Virus record (IMG/VR): IMGVR_UViG_3300033076_001064
Coordinates: 1-25,925 of that record
DNA: 25,925 nt
Strand: one strand, 5' to 3'
Source: a virus
Taxonomy: Duplodnaviria; Caudoviricetes
The notes below the pieces were generated by a model. The model was not told where the DNA came from and ran no database searches. It worked only from the letters and a program-made list of their open reading frames with translations. Position numbers and translations under genes: made by a program. Shown here piece after piece: positions 8,388 to 15,900 of this stretch. Numbering within the stretch: the stretch's first letter is position 1; every line of letters begins with the position of its first letter.

Positions 8388-9257
8388 TCATAGCTCACCA
8401 ACAAACAGGTCAAGTTGTTTTTGTTCGTTGTCGTTGGATGGGGTTGCGGAAGCGATCCGCTCCTGTTGAAGCGGCCCATAATCAGGGTTCAGCTCACACC
8501 CAAGATATTGCCGCGCAAGGCTGACCGACACCGCAGCCGTAGTGCCACTCCCCATGAACGGGTCGAGCACAATGTCACCGGGCCGGCTGCCTGCTAGGAT
8601 ACATGGCATGATGAGCGATGGCGGGAAGGTGGCAAAGTGCGCACCTTTGTAGGAGTGGGTAGGAACCGTCCAAACGCTGCGGCGGTTGCGAAAGCCATCG
8701 CTTTTGCGCCGAGCAAGTCCACCGTTTCCGTTTGTGCTCACAGCATCCGGGTGAAGCGCAGGCCCGCGCACCCTGCCGCACACCTCCGGCTCGCGCACTG
8801 CCTTGTGGTCGTAAAAATATCGCTCAGACTTGGTTAGAAGGAAAATGTACTCATGCGCTTTGGTGCAGCGGTCGCGCACGCTTTCCGGCATTGGGTTCGG
8901 CTTGTGCCAAATAATGTCCTGCCGCAGCACCCATCCGTCAGCTTGCAGCGCAAGCGCAACTCGCGCGGGGATCATGAGCAGCTGCTTGCCTTTCCCGTAG
9001 CTGTCCCCAATGTTCAGCCACAGCGTGCCATCATCGGCCAGCACATCACGCACGCAGCGGAATACCTCAGCGATCGCCGCAATGTATTCCTCTGGCGTGT
9101 GCTCCAGGCCAAGCTGCCCTTCGTGTCCGTAGTCGCGCAAGCCGAAGTACGGAGGGCTGGTTACGCACATCTGCGCTTTCACGCCATCGGCAGCCCATTG
9201 GCGCATGATGTTTCGACAGTCGCCGAACTCTATGACATTGTTCAAATCAGTTTTCAT
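8388..9257 (-). CDS. Orphan DNA methyltransferase, beta-class N4-C/N6-A
   Basis: Motif IV TSPPY precedes motif I DPFMGSGTT. Also WHKPNPMPESVRDR and HFATFP. Start taken as ATG 9257 (MKTDLN). Confidence 0.92.
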   Translation of the reverse strand: MKTDLNNVIEFGDCRNIMRQWAADGVKAQMCVTSPPYFGLRDYGHEGQLGLEHTPEEYIAAIAEVFRCVRDVLADDGTLWLNIGDSYGKGKQLLMIPARVALALQADGWVLRQDIIWHKPNPMPESVRDRCTKAHEYIFLLTKSERYFYDHKAVREPEVCGRVRGPALHPDAVSTNGNGGLARRKSDGFRNRRSVWTVPTHSYKGAHFATFPPSLIMPCILAGSRPGDIVLDPFMGSGTTAAVSVSLARQYLGCELNPDYGPLQQERIASATPSNDNEQKQLDLFVGEL

Positions 9258-9356
9258 AAGTTGATTTTGATTGGTGAGAAAAACTTGAGCAATGCCTGAT
9301 TCTACCACCATTGCTTCTTGTTTGCAGTTATTTCCTCAAACATAAGCGGATCGGCT

Positions 9357-9375
9357 TCCGAACCACTGGTTTGAA
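9357..9375. promoter_or_regulatory. Imperfect 19-bp palindrome, putative operator between divergent MTase and PrtN-like copy 2
   Basis: TCCGAACCA-C-TGGTTTGAA, related to the site at 7110-7128. Confidence 0.5.
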
Positions 9376-9420
9376 AACAGAACTACCAACAATGACCGCA
9401 TTGACACGCGAATCCGCGAT

Positions 9421-9458
9421 TCGGAGGATTCTTGAGCTAAGCCGCTCGGAGGACTCTT
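9421..9458 (+). repeat. 13-bp direct repeat containing an RBS
   Basis: TCGGAGGATTCTT (9421-9433) and TCGGAGGACTCTT (9446-9458), 12/13 identical. Confidence 0.6.
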
Positions 9459-9740
9459 ATGCCCCTCAACACCGCGTTCCTGCTCATGGCTCAGTATGGC
9501 GGCAGAGCCGTCGTCCCGCTGGAAGAGGTGCGGGTGGACTACTTCGGCCACCTCTCCCCGACCAAGCTGCGCGCGAAGCTCGACGCCGGAGAAATCAAAC
9601 TGCCGGTGATCTGGATCGAGCGAAGCCAGAAATCCGTGCGTGGCGTCCACATCACCGACCTAGCGACCTACCTGGACGAGCGCCGCAAGGAAGCGCACGA
9701 CACCTACCGGAAGCTCAATGGCAGCCCCTTCAGAGCCTAA
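9459..9740 (+). CDS. Pyocin activator PrtN-family protein, copy 2 (possible recombination directionality factor)
   Basis: Same motif as 7136-7411, with about 50/91 identical residues by manual ungapped alignment. GGAGG RBS. Confidence 0.85.
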   Translation: MPLNTAFLLMAQYGGRAVVPLEEVRVDYFGHLSPTKLRAKLDAGEIKLPVIWIERSQKSVRGVHITDLATYLDERRKEAHDTYRKLNGSPFRA

Positions 9741-9763
9741 CCATGGTCTGAAAATCAAACCTC

Positions 9764-10049
9764 GCTGGCAGAAAACAGCCAAAAACAGCGCAGGCAGCTC
9801 GCCAAACCACTGACAAAACAGCACAAAACTCTTTGTCTGCCCAATCCATCATAGGGCTCACCGAGAACCGCCAAGGGCTAAATCGCGAGGAATCACAATT
9901 ACTTAGCACTGTTTGACCCCCGGTATATCATCGAAACATGGTGCGCTTTTAGAACCGTTTTGCCAGATTTTTCCCCTTTTTTCCTTGCCCACTGGCAGAA
10001 ACGCTGCCAGAAAAATGGAGCGTCAGCGAGGCGTTCTGTTTTTTGGCAG
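9764..10049 (-). other. attP site (copy 2) with replacement dusA 5' end and integrase arm-type repeats
   Basis: The minus strand from GTG 9909 encodes MLSNCDSSRFSPWRFSVSPMMDWAD, divergent from the integrase. Core is CCAATCCATCATAGGG at 9841-9856. TG(C/G)CAG(A) repeats occur at 9766, 9961, 9993, 10005 and 10044. Confidence 0.8.
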
Positions 10050-10052
10050 GCC

Positions 10053-11207
10053 ATGGGCACCATCAGCACCTACAAGCGGAAAAACGGGGCGATCTCCTAC
10101 ACAGCCCGCGTCCGCATCACCCGTGATGGGACGGTCATCCATCAGGAGGTGGAGACCTTCGAACGCAAGGCGGATGCCGCGCTGTGGATGAAGAAACGCG
10201 AATCCCAGCTCTCCCTACCCGGAGCCATCGAGGCCATCAAGAACCCTGAGCCGACCTTGGGAGAGCTCATCACCAAGTACCTCGACAGCCTCATCGCCAA
10301 GTCAGGACGCACCAAGGAATACACCCTCAAGGCGATTGCGCGATCCGAGTTCGGCAAGCTGCCCGTGTCGCAGATCACCAGCCAGTCCATTACCGCCTTT
10401 GCCGAGACGCGGCTCGCCGGCAAGGCAGGGCCGGTGACGGTCGGCAATGACTTCGCCCTGCTGGGATCGCTGTTCGAGATCGCCAAGCCGGCCTGGGGCT
10501 ACGCGCTGGATCGTCAGGCGCTCATCGACGCCAAGGCGGTCTGCAAGCGGCTTGGCTACATCAAGCGCGCCAACCAGCGCGACAGACGTCCGACGCTGGA
10601 GGAGCTCGACCGGCTGTTGGCCTACTTCCACGACGCGGCCAGACGCCGGACATGGGTTCTGCCCATGCTGAAGGTGCTGCCCTTCGCCATCTTCTCCACA
10701 CGACGGGAAGCCGAGATCGTGCGCATCCGCTGGGACAAACTCGATCACGAGCGCAAGCGCGCGTGGATCAGCGACGTGAAACATCCCCGCAAGAAACTCG
10801 GCAACCACAAATGGGCTCAACTGACGCCGCAGGCGTGGGACATCCTCATGTCCATGCCGCGCGTCTCCGACCGCGTGTTTCCCTTCACGACCTCGGCGAT
10901 CTGCGCGCAGTTCGAGCGCGCTTGCGATTGGCTGGAGATCGACGATCTGAGGTTCCACGATCTGAGGCATGAGGGCGTGTCGTGGCTGTTCGAGCAGGAC
11001 TGGCCAATCCCTCGCGTGGCCGAGGTGAGCCTGCACGAGGACTGGAACATGCTCCGCCGGTACACGCACATGAACGGCTCAGGCGACAAATACGCCGGCT
11101 GGAAATGGCTGCCCGTGGTGATCGCCCATCAGCAGGGCGAAAAAAAGCCCCGCGCGAAGCGGGGCAAAAAGGCCCTTCAGGTAGAAATCAGTGACAGACG
11201 TCCGTGA
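10053..11207 (+). CDS. int: Tyrosine recombinase/integrase, DusA-associated integrase type
   Basis: N-terminus MGTISTYKRKNG..SYTARVR. Catalytic motifs STRR, DVKHP, FHDLRH, SLH and RRYTH. Divergent from a dusA-like 5' fragment. Confidence 0.92.
   Translation: MGTISTYKRKNGAISYTARVRITRDGTVIHQEVETFERKADAALWMKKRESQLSLPGAIEAIKNPEPTLGELITKYLDSLIAKSGRTKEYTLKAIARSEFGKLPVSQITSQSITAFAETRLAGKAGPVTVGNDFALLGSLFEIAKPAWGYALDRQALIDAKAVCKRLGYIKRANQRDRRPTLEELDRLLAYFHDAARRRTWVLPMLKVLPFAIFSTRREAEIVRIRWDKLDHERKRAWISDVKHPRKKLGNHKWAQLTPQAWDILMSMPRVSDRVFPFTTSAICAQFERACDWLEIDDLRFHDLRHEGVSWLFEQDWPIPRVAEVSLHEDWNMLRRYTHMNGSGDKYAGWKWLPVVIAHQQGEKKPRAKRGKKALQVEISDRRP
11140..11170 (-). terminator. Rho-independent terminator of the late/lysis operon
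   Basis: Stem GCCCCGC/GCGGGGC (11147-11165) with a 5-nt loop, followed by U7 on the minus strand, just downstream of the Rz stop. Confidence 0.8.
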
Positions 11208-11661
11208 CGAAGGATTGTAACCCATTTACCTGGAGGCGGAGCCGTTCAGCTCCGTCCGCCATGCTTCGATATTCTTCTGCGCACGTTCCAAGTAGCTTTC
11301 TTGCGGTGCCGGCTTGGCGAGCGAGGGCGGCAAGGGCGGGGTCTTTGGGAGCTGGGGCTGCGTTGAGACGTTCGATGTCGTGGCGCAGGCTGTCAGCAGC
11401 AGACTCGGCAAGATCAGCGCGAGACTGAAGCTCGGCTTCTTTCTGGGCTTGTTCACGGGCAATCCTGTCGGCGTTGTCGCGCATGGTCTGCTCCTTCGCC
11501 CGGTAGGCGACTTCCAGCTTGCGCGAGTTTTCGGAAATGATGGCTTGGTAATTGGCGAACGCCGCCTTGAGAGTGGCGTGGTGCGCTTCCTGCGCGACGA
11601 TCACCGCCAGCAGCAGGCCAATGATGGCAAGTGTCACCCATGGCGGGATCACGCGGATCAT
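11188..11661 (-). CDS. Rz: Inner-membrane spanin (Rz-like)
   Basis: N-terminal TM helix plus coiled coil, directly downstream of the endolysin, and containing a nested lipoprotein gene. Confidence 0.85.
   Translation of the reverse strand: MIRVIPPWVTLAIIGLLLAVIVAQEAHHATLKAAFANYQAIISENSRKLEVAYRAKEQTMRDNADRIAREQAQKEAELQSRADLAESAADSLRHDIERLNAAPAPKDPALAALARQAGTARKLLGTCAEEYRSMADGAERLRLQVNGLQSFVTDVCH
11226..11462 (-). CDS. Rz1: Outer-membrane lipoprotein spanin (Rz1-like), fully nested in Rz
   Basis: Basic N-terminus, hydrophobic core, lipobox LTAC and Pro-rich mature part. TTG start is uncertain. Confidence 0.8.
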   Translation of the reverse strand: MPVNKPRKKPSFSLALILPSLLLTACATTSNVSTQPQLPKTPPLPPSLAKPAPQESYLERAQKNIEAWRTELNGSASR

Positions 11662-12338
11662 AGCGCACCCTCATATTTGGGCATGCGCGACTTCAGGACG
11701 TCGCTGACATGATGGCGGTTGATGGTGCAGGCCGAGCGGCCGGCATAGAGCGGCTTGGTGGATTTGAGGCAGGTCGTCTCGACGTGCCCGAACCATTGGT
11801 GCGGATCGCATCCCTTGCGCAGACCGCAAGCGCGACGCTCGTTGATGACGCCGCCGAGCCCGCCATTGTAGGCAGCATCGGTCATGGCCAGCCGGCCGGC
11901 GTCATTGTCCACCAGCGGCATGAGCCTGTCCCAATTCGCGCGGCTCATCAGGATCAGGACGCGCATCTGCAAGTCCGGCCGCTGATAGACGGTCTCCCAG
12001 CGCAATTCGTTGAGCCCCTTGGGATCGAGCCGTCTGGCTTCATGCAGCGCATCGAAGCGCAGCGATCCGTCTTTCTTGTAAGCCCGTGTGATCTGACCGA
12101 GCCCTGCGCCTTCTTCCCTGTCCGTTTTTAGGCGGGACTGAGGGTTCCAGCATTTGGAGTGTTTGAGAGAAATGCAGCTTTCATGCTCGATGAGCCCGCC
12201 AAAATAGTGCGGAGCGAAGAAACCGGGCATGAGCTCGTCCACCTGCTGGCGGAGCATGGGCAGATAGGGTTCGGCTTGAGGGGGAACCTGAGCCTGGGCG
12301 GGAAGCGCCAGCAGCAAGGCCAGCGCCAGCCGTTTCAC
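11658..12338 (-). CDS. Endolysin, lytic transglycosylase (SLT-like) with N-terminal signal peptide
   Basis: IEHES catalytic Glu, GLGQ and AAYNGG motifs. GTG start at 12338 (GTGA overlap with the holin stop) gives MKRLALALLLALPAQA. Confidence 0.85.
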   Translation of the reverse strand: MKRLALALLLALPAQAQVPPQAEPYLPMLRQQVDELMPGFFAPHYFGGLIEHESCISLKHSKCWNPQSRLKTDREEGAGLGQITRAYKKDGSLRFDALHEARRLDPKGLNELRWETVYQRPDLQMRVLILMSRANWDRLMPLVDNDAGRLAMTDAAYNGGLGGVINERRACGLRKGCDPHQWFGHVETTCLKSTKPLYAGRSACTINRHHVSDVLKSRMPKYEGAL

Positions 12339-12652
12339 TGTTGCACCTGCGCGAAGAACGACAACAGCGCACACAGGACAATGGCGCGCAGCACACAGAC
12401 GCCCACATAGGCAATCCCGGCAGCGACATTGCTCGACACCAGCGCGGCTTCGTAGAGCCTCTGGCTGGAGGCTTTGCCGAGCATGGCTTTGGCGATGAGG
12501 TAGGACAGTCCGGTGACCAGGAACGCCTGCGCCCAGAGCTGGACGCGCAACAGCGTGTCTGCGCCATGGGAAGGATCGGTCAACAGGAACCACAAAAGGA
12601 CGACGAGAGGGATGACGGTGAACTGGAATGAACGGGAGCCGATAAATCTCAT
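12335..12652 (-). CDS. Putative holin (3 TM)
   Basis: Three hydrophobic segments, AGGAG RBS, and position immediately upstream of the endolysin. Confidence 0.7.
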   Translation of the reverse strand: MRFIGSRSFQFTVIPLVVLLWFLLTDPSHGADTLLRVQLWAQAFLVTGLSYLIAKAMLGKASSQRLYEAALVSSNVAAGIAYVGVCVLRAIVLCALLSFFAQVQQ

Positions 12653-12666
12653 GGCGTTTTCTCCTG

Positions 12667-12909
12667 TCATGGTTTGAAACCGAAGTGATTTTTTACATAG
12701 TCCAGAAAGATAAGACCGACTCCGGCGATGATAGACCACAGCAGGCCGGTCAATGTTTTCTCGATGATCGCTTTCCGAAGCTCAATGGATTGCGCCTCCC
12801 GATGAATGGCCATCCTCACCCATTGCGCTTCTTCATGACTGAGGACTTGTTCGTGTTGGACTGCCGCCACGATTTCTTTGATAAGCTCCTTGCGCTCTTC
12901 GGGTGCCAT
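12667..12909 (-). CDS. Small single-TM lysis-cassette protein (holin/antiholin candidate)
   Basis: Helical N-terminus plus C-terminal TM. First gene of the lysis cassette. Confidence 0.65.
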   Translation of the reverse strand: MAPEERKELIKEIVAAVQHEQVLSHEEAQWVRMAIHREAQSIELRKAIIEKTLTGLLWSIIAGVGLIFLDYVKNHFGFKP

Positions 12910-12969
12910 AATGTTTCCAGGTCAAGTTTGGTTTGATTTTGCAATCATCGGTTCTGAAACACAACCACA

Positions 12970-15900
12970 TCAATCGCGAAAAACGGCGATGGCGTCGCGA
13001 TACAGGGCTTCTTCGTCCTTCTCGATCTCTTTCAGCTTGGCGCGCTTCTCGGCCAGACCGAGCGACTTGTCGGCGTTGATGTCCACCATGGCGTCCCGCA
13101 TCTCTGCTGCCGCCTTGCTGGTCGAGCGGATCATCCGGTCGAAGCTCATCATCTGCGCCTTGTCGGGATTGGACAGGATCGCGTCCATGGCTTCGTCGTC
13201 GCCGGCTTTCTTGGCCTGCTTGAACTCCTCGGACGCGGCATGGGCTTCTTTCACAAGGTCGTAATAGCGTCCGCGTATCGCTTTGACGTCATTGGCCTTC
13301 ACGAAATCCTTGACGATGGGAACATCCGACGTTTCCACGCTGGCGTCCCTGGCCGCGACATTGGCCAGACTGCCGAGATCGGTGACGAACTGTCCAAGGC
13401 CGCCCGTATAGGTGCGCCACAGCATCTTGAGCGTTTCCGGGCTCACCTTGCTGATGTCGTTTTCATAGCGCCCTGCCCCCATGGCTTCGCCGGCAGAGGC
13501 AAGCCCCTGAGACACCGCCTCGAAGGGCGAACCTTTAGTGCCGCGATAGAGCTTCAGGTTGTCCGGGCGATCCTTGGTGAACTCGTTGTCCGGCACGATC
13601 TGCGAACCGAAGGAATTGCGGTTGGTGGCGATCTGGAAGCCGGGCTTGATGATGGTGGGGATAGTTGCGCCCACGGCATCGAGGACGCGATTGTCGGAAT
13701 CCTCGATGTAGAGCCCTTGCAGCGGGAAATAGGCGTTGAGGAACGACGACACGACATGCGCGGCTGCCGCCATGCCTCCGGTCTTCTTGCCTTCCGCCAT
13801 GGCCACGCCTGCCGCATAGAATGGCGCAAACTCCATCGAGACCGGCACACTGATATGGCTGCCGCCAATGTTCATCAGCATGTTCTTGGATCGCGTCTCC
13901 CAGGATTCGCCCAGCCAGCGATCCTCGTCGTCGTCCATGCCCTGGCTGGCCATGTAGAACCCCAGCGCGGCCAGAACACCGAGCGTCGTCCATGCCTGCG
14001 CCCGGTGCTTGCCCTTGACCAGTGTCTTGATGGCGTTCGCTGTGCCCTGCACGGCCGGATTGAAGAAAAGGTAGATGGCTCCCAGCGCCGGCGACAATGT
14101 GCCCTTGCGGTCGAAGTCCACCGTCACGCTCTTGGCGGCCTGAGCGGCTTCTCCCGCGCTCCTGCCGTCCTTTCGCATGGCCATGTAGAGCGCCAGACGC
14201 AGACTGTTTTCCGTCGCCTGATTGAGAACCTCGATGGTGTGCGCCATGCCGCCCACGATCTTGCGGCCGGCCACGCTGGCCGCCTTGGCATAGTTCTTGT
14301 CCTTCAGGTAGCCTGTCGCGCCATAGGCGTCATCGAACAGGCGTTGCAGCGTCTTGCCCTGCTGCTCCAGATCGGACATCCATGACGCGCCCGTCTTGCC
14401 GCCGTTCTGACGGTACTCGTCGAGCATGACGCCAGCCTCGCCAGACGGAACCTTGCCCGTCGCCGCGTAAGCAAACAGAGCCTTCATGGCTGCCGGGTAA
14501 TTCACCCACGCCTTGGCCGCGATCCCTGAGCCCTCGTTGCCGATCATGTTAATCGAGCCCGTCATGGCGTCGCGCGCCATGTTGCGGATGATGAAAGCCG
14601 GATTGTAGCCGGTGTAGACGCGCGCCAGATGGCGATTCATCACCCGCATCATTTCGAGGATCGGGTGCATCTGCCCTTGGTTCAGCGGCCGGAGCTGGCT
14701 TGCCAACTGCTCATCGCCGATGATCTGCATGCGCACAAGCTGGCCATTGATGTAGACGGGAACCTCATTGTCTTGCAGCGGACGCACGAACTCGCGCACC
14801 CTTTCCCCGCCGGCATAGACCTCGAACTGAGCCGCCTGCGGCCCCACGCCTTCCAGGAAAGCCGAGACCTGAGACTTGGAGGTGAAGGTGGCAATCTCAT
14901 TGCCGCCATTCCGCACAGAAAACACCGTGCCGGCCACATAGCGGCCGCGTGGCGGGATACCCACCGTCCAGAGCTTTGGATCAGGGTTTTCCAGCACGAG
15001 CTGCGCCAGCGATTGCCGCGCAAGGTTCTTTTCCCCTGCCACGACCGCCTGCTGGTAGTCGCGCGCGATGTTCTGGATGATGAACTCCTCGCGTTCCTCA
15101 TGCCCCATGGCGCGTTTGATCTTCGGGCCGTATTCGCCATCGCCTTTCAGCGGGACGTAATTCTCATACATCACGTCCAGCGTGGCGTAGGTGTCCGCGT
15201 CGATCAGGCCATAGGCCAGCTTCAGATCGAGCGTGGCTCTGGCGATCTCTCGCGCATCGTCCGCCAGAGCGTGGAGCGTGGCGTTTGTGCGGTACTTGGA
15301 CAGAATTTTCTTGGCATCCGCCGTCGTCATGCCCGATCCGCCGTCCGGCATGTCGGGATTGATCTTGGCCACCGCCTCGTTGCGCTCCTCGGCATGCATG
15401 GCATGCAGCAGTTCGGAAAGCTGCTCGATGGTGTGACCTGACTTGGCCAGCTTCGCCATGAGCGGAGCCGTCATGCCGCGCTCGAAATCCTCAAGCCGGG
15501 CAGCAATCCGCCCAGGCCGCTGGGTCTCGGCACCGTAATAGTTCGCGTACTCGGAAACGGGCTGGCCGGTCATCTTGGAGATGCGCTCCTGCACCTGCCG
15601 TACCCGGTTGAAATTGTCCTGCAAGGATGCCTGAAGCCGGCGGAGCAATCCCTGTTCTGGCAGCGTCAGGCCGGTCGGCTTGGGCGTGGAGCGACTGAAC
15701 GCAGCCTCGGCCATGTCGCGCCCGGTCTGTACACCATTCTCCACATACGCCCGCGCCGGCAGCAGGTAGTCCCGGATGATCTCGGCATCCGACAATTCCA
15801 GATTGCCCATGCCCGGCACGTTCTGCCGCAGCCATGTGCGGATCGCCGCCAGAGCGCGCTTTACAAAGCCAAGCTCAGGCCGTGTCTGCGCCAACTCGGA

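Noticed and set aside
9311-9751. 146-aa + strand ORF
   Set aside because: It overlaps the clearly supported PrtN-family gene in another frame and has no protein-like features.
9903-9931. TTAGCA-17-TATCAT as the int promoter
   Set aside because: The spacing is plausible but the match is too weak to call without transcript data.
9960-10052. N-terminal extension of the integrase given by the ORF track
   Set aside because: It runs through the arm-repeat region. The family-typical N-terminus begins at ATG 10053.
11787-11805. CCCGAACCATTGGTGCGGA, resembling the putative operator
   Set aside because: It lies in endolysin codons (DPHQWFG), so it is likely coincidental.
12339-12593. N-terminal extension of the endolysin given by the ORF track
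   Set aside because: It overlaps the holin. GTG 12338 gives a coupled start and a clean signal peptide.
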